Virus record (IMG/VR): IMGVR_UViG_3300044674_004301
Location: 1-38,507 of that record
Reading direction: 5' to 3' (one strand)
Source: a virus
Taxonomy: Duplodnaviria; Caudoviricetes
Length of the DNA: 38,507 nt
Shown: in pieces, positions 9,577 through 18,373 of the stretch
Position numbering within the stretch: the first letter of the stretch is position 1
How the letters are laid out: each line of letters opens with the position of its first letter
Translations under genes and position numbers: made by a program
Notes under the pieces: model-generated
The model's database searches: none
What the model was told of the DNA's origin: nothing
Seen by the model: only the letters and a program-made list of their open reading frames with translations

Positions 9577-10167
9577 TTATATCCTATCGTTCACGATTTG
9601 ATAAATGTGTTTCCAGTTATTTACTCTGGTAATTTTTTCATCATTTAGATCTTGATTGAACGAATGATTGTACAAAAGAGATTTCAACCCATATTCTATT
9701 CCCAATTTGGCATTTGTTATTTTGTCTTCCACCCAGTAAAGGCCTGTGTCTTTAAATTCGGCAAGAGCGGAATGCTTATCAGCCCCTGTGTCTAAAATAA
9801 AAAAGTTGTGGAACACATTGCCAAACAGTTCTCTTAATCTGTTTTTACGTAACTCCTGTGCCGGAATGTCTAATGTTTGTGATGTTATGGGAACGAAAGT
9901 CCAACCTTCGGCATATAAAAGTTTAACCCAGGTTTGTGAATCAGGCATGGGTTCCTGTGTAGACATCCAAGCCGATTTGTTGAACTCCGTTGTAAATTTT
10001 CTCATCTCTGATTTGACCATGCCATATCTATCGGTCATTGAATACATGGATCTAGCGTTGGCGTTTTCCTGGTGTCCCTTTGACTTCATCCATTTTGCAA
10101 AATGGTTTTCCCAGTCCAACAGTACACCGTCAACGTCGGTTAATATAATTTTATTTGATTGTGGCAT
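9577..10167 (-). CDS. HAD-family 5'(3')-nucleotidase-like phosphatase (T4 30.2-like)
   Basis: ILTDVDGVLLDW (motif I), ITS (II), K, and WVED (IV). Confidence 0.8.
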   Translation of the reverse strand: MPQSNKIILTDVDGVLLDWENHFAKWMKSKGHQENANARSMYSMTDRYGMVKSEMRKFTTEFNKSAWMSTQEPMPDSQTWVKLLYAEGWTFVPITSQTLDIPAQELRKNRLRELFGNVFHNFFILDTGADKHSALAEFKDTGLYWVEDKITNAKLGIEYGLKSLLYNHSFNQDLNDEKITRVNNWKHIYQIVNDRI

Positions 10168-10609
10168 CTTCCATACCTGCTACTCTCAATTTAACAATGT
10201 TTGTGATTTGCCATTGCTTCTGATCGAGTCCTTTGATGATGCCAAGCCATTTGTTTCTTAACAACGCGAATTCGTTTACAATTTTTTCCATGTCAACTAC
10301 ATCTGCCTCACCATCGACATATTTTTCTACATCACGTGAACTTAAGGCTCTTTGATAATTTTCTAGATATTTTTTAAAGGTTGCCGATCGTAATCGTCTT
10401 TTTTCAATGTTAAGATATTCTAGTATTGCCTCGATTTCCTGTAACTGATTGAATCTGTGTTCTACCAATCCCGGCATTGCCGCTGATGCTTTTTCAAGAC
10501 TGCCATATATCTTGACTTCTTTTTTGGCATCATTTAATTCTTTATAGAAATCTTGTATACAATCTGGAATTTTATCTATGCTTTTACTGATTACAGAATA
10601 CCAAGTCAT
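10151..10609 (-). CDS. uvsY: recombination mediator UvsY
   Basis: Helical 152-aa protein with YLENYQRALSSRDVEKYVDGE and KGLDQKQWQITNIVKLR; downstream of uvsX. Confidence 0.8.
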   Translation of the reverse strand: MTWYSVISKSIDKIPDCIQDFYKELNDAKKEVKIYGSLEKASAAMPGLVEHRFNQLQEIEAILEYLNIEKRRLRSATFKKYLENYQRALSSRDVEKYVDGEADVVDMEKIVNEFALLRNKWLGIIKGLDQKQWQITNIVKLRVAGMEDATIK

Positions 10610-10860
10610 TATTCATTATAGTATGATTCTTCGTCTTCTTCTTCATCCAATCCTTCTTTACCAAGCACAGTCTCTATTGCTTGTTCTAATTTTTCATCAT
10701 ATTCGCCTGCGGCTTTTATGATTTTTGGATCGGTATCTAAGTCCAACAAGGTTTTTACGTAATCGACAGCACAGTCTAACTTCACTCTCTCAGGAAGATA
10801 ATTAGATATTGAAGTCCATATTTCCTCAATCTGATTTGCCGTCATCTGATTCTCCGTCAT
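10609..10860 (-). CDS. small acidic hypothetical protein
   Basis: Lies between uvsX and uvsY, with its stop overlapping the uvsY start. Likely start MTENQ at 10860; acidic tail. Confidence 0.6.
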   Translation of the reverse strand: MTENQMTANQIEEIWTSISNYLPERVKLDCAVDYVKTLLDLDTDPKIIKAAGEYDEKLEQAIETVLGKEGLDEEEDEESYYNE

Positions 10861-11902
10861 TGGTGTTCTCCTGTTCTGGTTGAACGATATTGTCAAAATC
10901 GTTCATTATAATATCTAATTTATCACCAGTCCAGTTTTTTCTGAATTCTGCCGTTGTTTTTTTATCGGGTCCTGTGTAGGCAAGTTTGTTTCCTTGTTTA
11001 ACAAGAATACCTTTCTTTTCAAACAAATCAACAAGTCCGCTATATGGATCCATTCCTGTCTCATAAGGAATTTTTACCTGTACGCCTTCAAAGGGTTTTG
11101 CGTATCTAGTCTTCATGACCTTACACGCCGCTCTGATTCCTCTCACCTCGGATATCTTGTTGCCCGCTTCGTCTTCTTTTAGTTTCAATTTCTTCATCGC
11201 AATAACGATTGAACTTGCGTATATGAAACCCTGTCCACCTGAAATCTTGTCATCTGGATCGAACATGTCCTGTGATGCGTAGGTGTGATTGGTTGCTACT
11301 AAACCAACATTCCAACTTCCGAACATATTGACACAATTTCTTACAAGTGCTGTAAGTGCCTTTGGCTTTCTACCAAGGTCACCTTTCATATCACCTGCTT
11401 CAAACTGATTAACGTCTGTGGGAGTAAGCAACATTCCTAGTGAATCTATCACGAATAGCACTTTGGGTGCACCTTCTCTGTTGTCTGCGTTTTCCTCTTT
11501 GTATGATTTCATAAATTCCGAAACTGTTTTGGCTACGTCATCGATCATGGACAAACTTAATTTAAGTAATTTCTTTTCGTCTGTGTCCACTTTTAATGCC
11601 TGTAACCATTTTTCATCTAGTGCATTCTCTGTATCAATCAGTATAACAAAAATGCCTTGTTCCTGTGCATTCTTGATTATGTTTCCTGATGCTATGTAAC
11701 TCTTACCTGCTCCTGATTCACCTGCAAGTACAGTTACTTTTCCTAGTGGAATACCTTTGTTGAAATCACTAGTCATCAAATAGTTCAATGCGTAATTTCC
11801 TGTTGAGATCCAGTCTGTGGGATCACTGAACCCAATTCCCAGACCTTGTATTGATTTTGTAATGTTTTTTCTAAATTTTGTTATATCAAATGGTTTTGTC
11901 AT
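10826..11902 (-). CDS. uvsX: RecA-like recombinase UvsX
   Basis: ISTGNYALN, Walker A GESGAGKS, DTENALD, VIDSLG, NHTY and SGG. Confidence 0.95.
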   Translation of the reverse strand: MTKPFDITKFRKNITKSIQGLGIGFSDPTDWISTGNYALNYLMTSDFNKGIPLGKVTVLAGESGAGKSYIASGNIIKNAQEQGIFVILIDTENALDEKWLQALKVDTDEKKLLKLSLSMIDDVAKTVSEFMKSYKEENADNREGAPKVLFVIDSLGMLLTPTDVNQFEAGDMKGDLGRKPKALTALVRNCVNMFGSWNVGLVATNHTYASQDMFDPDDKISGGQGFIYASSIVIAMKKLKLKEDEAGNKISEVRGIRAACKVMKTRYAKPFEGVQVKIPYETGMDPYSGLVDLFEKKGILVKQGNKLAYTGPDKKTTAEFRKNWTGDKLDIIMNDFDNIVQPEQENTNDGESDDGKSD

Positions 11903-11908
11903 AGTGTT

Positions 11909-11937
11909 ATATTACTACCTTGTGACTATACTGTCAA
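11909..11937 (-). promoter_or_regulatory. sigma70-like promoter of uvsX (leaderless), overlapped by an inverted repeat
   Basis: TTGACA(11937-11932)-17 nt-TAATAT(11914-11909)-6 nt-ATG; inverted repeat GTGACTATA/TATAGTCAC at 11922-11950. Confidence 0.65.
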
Positions 11938-11967
11938 TCAATATAGTCACTTGGTAAGTTAAGGGGT

Positions 11968-12948
11968 TTATTTTGCTTGTCTTGATCTGATAAGTTTCAA
12001 GATGTCCTCTGCTCTTTTGGCACTATCACCTGTTGGTTGTGCTTGTGGAGCCGGAGCCGCCTCTGTTACAGTTTCAGCCACCGGTTGTGCTGGTGCCTCT
12101 GCTTTTGGTGTTTCCACGGCAGTGGTTGTTGCTGAACTCACAGTGCTACTCTGTTGTGGAGCACTTACTCCTGCTGGTCTGTAGTATTGACCATACTTCT
12201 CTAGATCATAAGCCTCACCGTTCACAGACTGTTCAAATAATTCTTTGATTATTTTTACTTCTGCTTCCGTTGGCTCTTTTGGTCTGAAGTCACCCAGGTT
12301 GTGTAACCCATGTGTGTCGATCGCGGCTCTCTCTGCCTCGTCCAACGCCCTTTCTCTTCTTGACCATTTCGAAGTTGAATAGTCAGCGTAACCACCTTTT
12401 GATGTCTTGGTTATTCTGAAGTCAACTCCTCTAACGCTATCAGTTGGCATCTCTTCCATTTCTGGATCCATCAGTGCCCCTTTGATGATGTTGAAGATCT
12501 GAGGGCCAATAATAAATCTTCTGATCGGATTTTCAGGTGTTGTGTCTTCCGCTAACGGATTCTGCACAACAAATCCCTGGAAAATGTAACTTTTCTTCTT
12601 CCAGTATTTTCTGCCCATGTCTTCCATGCTCTTGTCTTTGAACCATGGTCTCACTTCTGTGAGTACTGGACAAGTCTTGCCATACATCTCCATGCATGGT
12701 ACTTGTACCTGTACAGGTCTTGAATCTGCTTGACCCTTGATACCATTGAATGGTAACTTGATCATGTTCCTTTCAGTCCAGAAGAATGTGTTGGTCTCGT
12801 CCTTGTCTGGCAAGAATCTGACAACTGCTTCTTGTCCTTCTTGTATATTCCAGTGTGGGTAGATGGCGTTGTCTCCGCCTGTTGATGAAGTGGAGCGATT
12901 CACTTCTTGATCTTTTAACTTCGCTCTTATTTCAGCCAATGTAGCCAT
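11968..12948 (-). CDS. gp32: single-stranded DNA-binding protein, T4 gp32-like
   Basis: VVRFLPD, C-x7-CPV, YWKKKSY, GVDFRITKTSKGGYADYSTSKW; Ala/Pro linker tail; adjacent to uvsX; SD AGGAGG. Confidence 0.85.
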   Translation of the reverse strand: MATLAEIRAKLKDQEVNRSTSSTGGDNAIYPHWNIQEGQEAVVRFLPDKDETNTFFWTERNMIKLPFNGIKGQADSRPVQVQVPCMEMYGKTCPVLTEVRPWFKDKSMEDMGRKYWKKKSYIFQGFVVQNPLAEDTTPENPIRRFIIGPQIFNIIKGALMDPEMEEMPTDSVRGVDFRITKTSKGGYADYSTSKWSRRERALDEAERAAIDTHGLHNLGDFRPKEPTEAEVKIIKELFEQSVNGEAYDLEKYGQYYRPAGVSAPQQSSTVSSATTTAVETPKAEAPAQPVAETVTEAAPAPQAQPTGDSAKRAEDILKLIRSRQAK

Positions 12949-13050
12949 AATGTAAGCCTCCTATTTTGTGCCTATGTTGTTGTTTGCCTAAATGTATATT
13001 AGACATATAGTACGTAATATACAACTATATTTATCTATTGTCTAGTGTTA

Positions 13051-15276
13051 TTATTGGTAAAATGCTAGGTTTTTGATACGATCTATCTCTGTGCTGTTAC
13101 CTTGAGATGTTTCGTCATCTGACTGTTCTTCTTCAGAAAAAAATTCTTCTAATTTTAATCCCGCTTGTTCTATGGCATCTTTTAGTGTGTATTCTTTGCC
13201 ACCAACTTCAAACTTGTCTCCGGGTTTCATTCCCGCCGCTTTGGCTTTTTGAACTGCTTGAGCAAACTCGTTGCCTTCTGTGGTGTTGACATCATCTGCC
13301 ATGGACATTGCTCGTTCATCGTAATCTTGTCTTACCCAGTTGATGTAAGCACTCGACGATTCTAAGTCTGCCATTTGATCATCAGTTAAATCTGTGCCAT
13401 CTATAAATTTAGCAGAACTGATTGGAGCAATAACATCGCTGTAATCTTGCATATCATATTCAATACTTTCTGAATCAACTTCTTTGCCGTCGATAATCAT
13501 TGGCTCGTCTGTTTCATTTACTGTTTCTTCTGGATTTTCGTTCACGTCGTCTTGTGCTTCGGCATTGAATGCGTCTACATCTAGACCTTTAGGTTCATTG
13601 CTTATCTGTTTTCCTGCTAATCTGTCAAAGTTTTTGCTTAGGTAAGCAGTGGCAGTGTCATAATCCGAACTCTTGTAAGCAGACTCTCCGTCTTTGTCCA
13701 GCACATCATAGACCATTTTTCCATCTTCACCTCTGTACATTGAAACGTATGGTTTTTGTTCTGTGATGTTGTCCGCCCAACCCTCGAAAGCAATTTCTTC
13801 TTTGGCTTTGCCTTTTCTGTCTTTCTTGGGTTCGTAAGCCGCCGGATCCATTCTCACTTGTGAGGCGTATTCGGGATCCTGCTTCATTTTTTTAAAGTCA
13901 TCGATGTATCTCTTTGCCAATTGGAAAGCAACTTTTTTATCTCTTATGTAATTTTTGTGTGGTTCAAAGAAAGGTTCACCTTCTTGAGATATGTTGTCAG
14001 CAACACTTGAAGCAAAGTTTGCCACTCTGTCTTGATCTGGTGTTTTTGTCAACATCCTTGCCGCGATGTCTCCCAAGATGCTTGATAGCATTGTGTTTTT
14101 ATTTGTGAAATTTGTCCTAGCCAACATTTGATCAGCGGCCGGGTCTTGTCTTAGTACAAGTTGATTGTCTGGATCTGATAGGTATTGCTGGACCAATGGA
14201 GCGGCATCGACCGGTGTTGGGACTTCTAAGTCTTTTTTGCTCAATGGTTTTTCATCGTCGAATTCTTTCACTTCGTCTGTTTCTTTCATGATCGAATTGA
14301 TCAAAGGAAGAGCAGAATCTATTTTCTCATCGAAATGTTTTAATGTGAATTTGTCTTGCAGATTTGATTTTGCGTCATCGTCCATTTCAGGCATTACAGC
14401 AGGTTGAAAATTTTCTTTTGCTGATTCATAATGTGATTGTTTTGAAATATTCTTAATATATTTTTTCATTGATTCGCATTTGGCCTTTGTTCTTTCAATA
14501 ATATCGCCTGCTGAATCGTTTAATTGATCTTTTGTCGCCACGTATCTGTTGAAACTGTTTAATTGGGCAATCTGTTCACTTGTTTGGATAATGTGTTGTC
14601 CAAAATCATCGTGTGGTACTCCACCATTTGCCACGTGTCTTGTCATTGCTCTAGCACCGGCTAAATGAACTAATGGATATTTGAATCTTTCACCTTCTGA
14701 GTTTTCAATGTATAATGAGTTGATGTGTCTTGTTCTTGCACCAGGTACTTCTTCTGCTACAGGCTTAGAATGCCTAATTATCAACCTTGTTTTATCTAAA
14801 TTTTCAAATGAACTTTTTGAAGTGCCTGTTAGCCCTTCTTGAATTCCTGATAATTTCACAATTCTGTTAAGTTCTTCTGACATGCTGTCTATATTTACCG
14901 TTTGATTGGTATCTGCTATATTCTTGAAATCTTGCTGTGAAAGGCTGTTTTTGGTAATATCTCTCACGTCAAACCCCAATTGGTGCGTAACAGCAAAGTC
15001 TTTTAGTTCTCTGAGAAATGCGTACCAGTCTGCTTTGTCGTCCTCGTCTATTTTGTCTACTAATCCCTTGTTGTAAAAAACTTTGACATTTTCACCATCC
15101 GCAAGACTCAACGAAATTCTTCCAAAAGTGTCAGAATCCTCAGTGAATTCAAAATCAAAAAATACTGCTTCCTGTGGATTTGCTGTCGCTTCACCTATGC
15201 TATTACCTATCTGCAGGTTAGAAAACTTGCTTCGTATTTTGTTAAAAAGGTCCTGTGACGTTTGTGCTGATATCAT
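13051..15276 (-). CDS. large acidic virion/head-associated protein (putative)
   Basis: 741 aa, next to the terminase, preceded by TAAATA, with a modular acidic C-terminal half and many (V/I)xE sites. Confidence 0.6.
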   Translation of the reverse strand: MISAQTSQDLFNKIRSKFSNLQIGNSIGEATANPQEAVFFDFEFTEDSDTFGRISLSLADGENVKVFYNKGLVDKIDEDDKADWYAFLRELKDFAVTHQLGFDVRDITKNSLSQQDFKNIADTNQTVNIDSMSEELNRIVKLSGIQEGLTGTSKSSFENLDKTRLIIRHSKPVAEEVPGARTRHINSLYIENSEGERFKYPLVHLAGARAMTRHVANGGVPHDDFGQHIIQTSEQIAQLNSFNRYVATKDQLNDSAGDIIERTKAKCESMKKYIKNISKQSHYESAKENFQPAVMPEMDDDAKSNLQDKFTLKHFDEKIDSALPLINSIMKETDEVKEFDDEKPLSKKDLEVPTPVDAAPLVQQYLSDPDNQLVLRQDPAADQMLARTNFTNKNTMLSSILGDIAARMLTKTPDQDRVANFASSVADNISQEGEPFFEPHKNYIRDKKVAFQLAKRYIDDFKKMKQDPEYASQVRMDPAAYEPKKDRKGKAKEEIAFEGWADNITEQKPYVSMYRGEDGKMVYDVLDKDGESAYKSSDYDTATAYLSKNFDRLAGKQISNEPKGLDVDAFNAEAQDDVNENPEETVNETDEPMIIDGKEVDSESIEYDMQDYSDVIAPISSAKFIDGTDLTDDQMADLESSSAYINWVRQDYDERAMSMADDVNTTEGNEFAQAVQKAKAAGMKPGDKFEVGGKEYTLKDAIEQAGLKLEEFFSEEEQSDDETSQGNSTEIDRIKNLAFYQ

Positions 15277-15282
15277 ATGATG

Positions 15283-15288
15283 TATTTA
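15283..15288 (-). promoter_or_regulatory. late-promoter motif TAAATA
   Basis: Core of the T4 late promoter TATAAATA; 6 nt before ATG 15276. Confidence 0.6.
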
Positions 15289-15289
15289 T

Positions 15290-16885
15290 TTAAACGCCCA
15301 AGTTAGCAAAAATAGGCATAGGTGCTGTGTATTCAGTTGTTCGATTGGTCCAATGTTCAAATATTTTTGGATCGAAATCTGCCAATACCTTCATCATTCT
15401 TGTACAAAGCAATATGGCACTGACTAGATCGTCATGTTCTCCTGGTTTGCCTTTATAACTCACACCTGTGGCCACAAAGGTCTTCAATTCTGATATCAAG
15501 GGTTTTGAATTAATCTCTAATTTGTTATTTTCCACTAGTTCTTTAAATTTAGCACAGGCATCAATCTTGTGTTTGGCAGTGGTATTGAATCCTCTTCTAA
15601 ATTTTCTTCTGTGTCCTTTCCTGATCGGTTCTGATAAAAACATACCGCAGATATTTTCTTCACCGATATCCATGACACGCATAAGTGCGGCCTCCCCGAG
15701 AGTGTTATTTTCCATGGAATAATAAATTTGTGGTGTTGCTGTTGAATCTTGTTCCATGATAGTATCATGAATGTATTTGTTGATTTCTTGTAATATTCGA
15801 ATTTGATGGTTAGCAGGCGTCATGTTATGATGCCACTCGGCCACCTGTCTAAATGTTGGTAACTCTATTACTTGTATGGCGGCATAGTCTCCACCTGTAC
15901 CGATTGAAGGATCCAAAGCAACCATGTAGGTATGTTTAGGTTTTGGTTTAGCATACCAACGCACTTGTCCTTGTACCCACGTTGGATCTTTTCCTTCCAG
16001 TTCTACTAATCTTACAGAACTTACAAGTGTTTCATCGTATATCAAAAATTCACATTCGTGTTCTCGTCTAAATCTTTCTTCTCCGATCCTGCTTCTTTCA
16101 GCCTCGGCCCATGCTTCGTCTCGGTCTGGATGTTCTGACCAGTGTGCCTTATAGGCATAGAAACCGTTTGTACCAACTGTGTTATCGTTTCCGAATTCAT
16201 CGTATCTTTTCAAGGCTTCTTTCCATATTAAAGCAAATTGGTCTTCATCTGAGTTTGGAGTTGAGGTGATTAGACATTTACCACCTGTACTCAATGTTGG
16301 AGACAGTGAAGTCCAAAATTCAACTGCCTTTTCAGGTGGTTGTACGAATGCAAACTCATCACAATATATCATCGTTAAGGACATACCCCGTCCTGTGTTT
16401 TCCGTAGTTGTGGTTGCCATTATCTTTGAACCATTATCGAATTCTATGCTGTTCCTGTTGTATTGTGTTACCCCTGCCTTGATCCAACTTGGCAACATCT
16501 CATATGCATAACGCACCCTAGACATGATGTCTGACGCACCCGCGTATTTGTGTGCGGCGATAAGAATTTGTGAGTCGGGTCTGAACATGGCGTACCATAT
16601 CAAATAACCCGAAGCACATGTTGTCTTTCCTGTCTGTCTCGGAAGCATCGCTATACTGAATCTATGATCGTTATAACTTTGTATTAATTTTTCTTGATAT
16701 CCATACGGTGTAAATGCCATGGAACCTTTGGTTGGGTGTTGTATCTTGATAAATTTTCTCATGAAGTACAACGGTCCTGTTTTTGGATCCATGCACTTCT
16801 CTAATTCCAATACCTGTTCCTTGGAATATTTGTGTTTCTTATTGGCTTTTTTTATTTGATCAGAGTCTAAACTTACATATGCCAT
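15290..16885 (-). CDS. terL: terminase large subunit (T4 gp17-like)
   Basis: Walker A LPRQTGKTT, Walker B IYCDEFAF, ITSTPN, nuclease motifs ALDPSIG and HDDLV. Confidence 0.95.
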   Translation of the reverse strand: MAYVSLDSDQIKKANKKHKYSKEQVLELEKCMDPKTGPLYFMRKFIKIQHPTKGSMAFTPYGYQEKLIQSYNDHRFSIAMLPRQTGKTTCASGYLIWYAMFRPDSQILIAAHKYAGASDIMSRVRYAYEMLPSWIKAGVTQYNRNSIEFDNGSKIMATTTTENTGRGMSLTMIYCDEFAFVQPPEKAVEFWTSLSPTLSTGGKCLITSTPNSDEDQFALIWKEALKRYDEFGNDNTVGTNGFYAYKAHWSEHPDRDEAWAEAERSRIGEERFRREHECEFLIYDETLVSSVRLVELEGKDPTWVQGQVRWYAKPKPKHTYMVALDPSIGTGGDYAAIQVIELPTFRQVAEWHHNMTPANHQIRILQEINKYIHDTIMEQDSTATPQIYYSMENNTLGEAALMRVMDIGEENICGMFLSEPIRKGHRRKFRRGFNTTAKHKIDACAKFKELVENNKLEINSKPLISELKTFVATGVSYKGKPGEHDDLVSAILLCTRMMKVLADFDPKIFEHWTNRTTEYTAPMPIFANLGV

Positions 16886-16893
16886 AACAAATG

Positions 16894-16899
16894 TATTTA
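16894..16899 (-). promoter_or_regulatory. late-promoter motif TAAATA
   Basis: 8 nt before the terL ATG; no SD. Confidence 0.6.
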
Positions 16900-16917
16900 A
16901 GTGTTAATGAACGTGAG

Positions 16918-17079
16918 TTAAGCGTTCTTTTTTGCCATTTTGGTAGCGGTTGCGTACATTACCGCTTTGGCATCTTTACCATAACGCTTCTTGAAATCGC
17001 CTTTGGCTTTTTTCATACCTTTGACGTATTTCTCTTTGGTCTTTTCTTCTGGTTTAGTGAGAGGACGTTCCGCTAGTCT
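16918..17079 (-). CDS. 53-aa basic C-terminal extension of the 17073..17753 gene, in the -1 frame behind an A9 run
   Basis: Open frame RLAERPLTKPEEKTKEKYVKGMKKAKGDFKKRYGKDAKAVMYATATKMAKKNA* exactly fills the gap before the terL promoter; entered from GCC AAA AAA AAA GAC TAG. Confidence 0.65.
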   Translation of the reverse strand, partial: RLAERPLTKPEEKTKEKYVKGMKKAKGDFKKRYGKDAKAVMYATATKMAKKNA

Positions 17080-17753
17080 TTTTTTTTGGCTTCGGTAACC
17101 GCTGTTTCATATGCCTCTTTGAATGACTTGTACTGTTCTCTCAAAGAATTTGCTAATTCCTCAGTGGTTGTCTGCATAGGATTGTCACCACTTGCCACTT
17201 TTGGAAAAGTTTGCTTTTGTCTGTTCAACCCGCCTGAATGAACATTTACAAGATCGTCTATAGATTGTGTTTTTTCATCAGGTTCGTTTGCGAAGTCTTC
17301 CTCGGCAGGTTCTTCTGCGCCGATCATTTTCGAATCAACTGGTTGTACCCCGGCCAATTTCAATATCTGCATCATCATGCCTGCTTCTTCCGGAGAATCT
17401 GTTGAAATCTGTATCGCTTCGTTAACTGATTCTTTCTTTATCTCTTTGTCCTTGATCGCCTTCTTCATTGGCTCTTTCTTGTTGCCATCTTTGTCCATGT
17501 CTAAAAAGTCTGGTTTAGACTTTGACTCTTCGACTCCATTAATGTTATCCCAAAATTCTCCAGAACCTTGTCCGTATTTTTTAACAAACTCTTCTTTAGA
17601 CATATCTTCAGCATCGCTATGCATCTGCTGTTTTAAAGCACCTTCGTCGACTGTTTTTGGATTAGTTCTTTCCACATTTTCAACAGCATCGCCTATGTCG
17701 TGACCTGCTTCTTGATATTCTCTCAATTTTTGTAATATGTCAATCATTTCCAT
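17073..17753 (-). CDS. acidic putative head-internal/core protein with a DxDxDG motif
   Basis: 226 aa; PDFLDMDKDGNKKEPMKKA; repeated VDE/VEE/VNE/VTE sites; located in the packaging cluster. Confidence 0.65.
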   Translation of the reverse strand: MEMIDILQKLREYQEAGHDIGDAVENVERTNPKTVDEGALKQQMHSDAEDMSKEEFVKKYGQGSGEFWDNINGVEESKSKPDFLDMDKDGNKKEPMKKAIKDKEIKKESVNEAIQISTDSPEEAGMMMQILKLAGVQPVDSKMIGAEEPAEEDFANEPDEKTQSIDDLVNVHSGGLNRQKQTFPKVASGDNPMQTTTEELANSLREQYKSFKEAYETAVTEAKKKD

Positions 17754-17756
17754 AAC

Positions 17757-18362
17757 TTATTTCCTTTTTGGGTCTGGGTGTGGGTTGGTTGGTTTAGAAA
17801 GCGGACTTGGTGTTCCTTTTTCTTCAATGTGACTCTGAACTCCGGTCTCACCGCCCTTTGGATGGTCCTTGTTCTCTTGTCTGTCTTTCAGTAATTCTTT
17901 TAAAAGACTTTGATTTGCTTTGTCGCCATAAACTTCGTCTGCTTTTGTCTTTGGAGCATCTTTGTATTCCACATCCTGTAATACCGATTCGAATTCTGTT
18001 TTGTCTTTGGCCACTTTCATATCTGCTTGGTATTGTTCTGTAGGTTCACCCGGCTTACGAACAACAATCTGGTTTCTTCCAAGATTCAAGTAATTTGCAA
18101 GATATTCAGACATTTCAAATACCGATGCTGGATAGTTTGTTGTGGCATCAAAAATTGTTACACCCACATTCGTTAATTGAGGAAAATCTAGTGGGGTTTC
18201 TTGTATAGGATATGTTTTTCCTGCCGATAATTTGTCTAGATCAAATTTAGATAAAGCAGTTTCTAGTTTGTTTGCGAAATCCTTGTCAAGATCACCGGCT
18301 ACTTTGATTTTGTAGTCATATTGTTTGCTTGATTCGGCAAGATATTTTGTAAACGTGCTCAT
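17757..18362 (-). CDS. hypothetical virion protein with a capsid-targeting-like N-terminus
   Basis: Begins MSTFTKYLAE; TAAATA at 18371-18376. Confidence 0.6.
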   Translation of the reverse strand: MSTFTKYLAESSKQYDYKIKVAGDLDKDFANKLETALSKFDLDKLSAGKTYPIQETPLDFPQLTNVGVTIFDATTNYPASVFEMSEYLANYLNLGRNQIVVRKPGEPTEQYQADMKVAKDKTEFESVLQDVEYKDAPKTKADEVYGDKANQSLLKELLKDRQENKDHPKGGETGVQSHIEEKGTPSPLSKPTNPHPDPKRK

Positions 18363-18373
18363 ATTTGTGTTAT

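Noticed and set aside
10826-16885. Intron or intein in uvsX or terL
   Set aside because: Both are of normal length with contiguous motifs.
16891-17076. 61-aa plus-strand ORF
   Set aside because: Phe-rich antisense shadow of the Lys-rich minus-strand frameshift extension.
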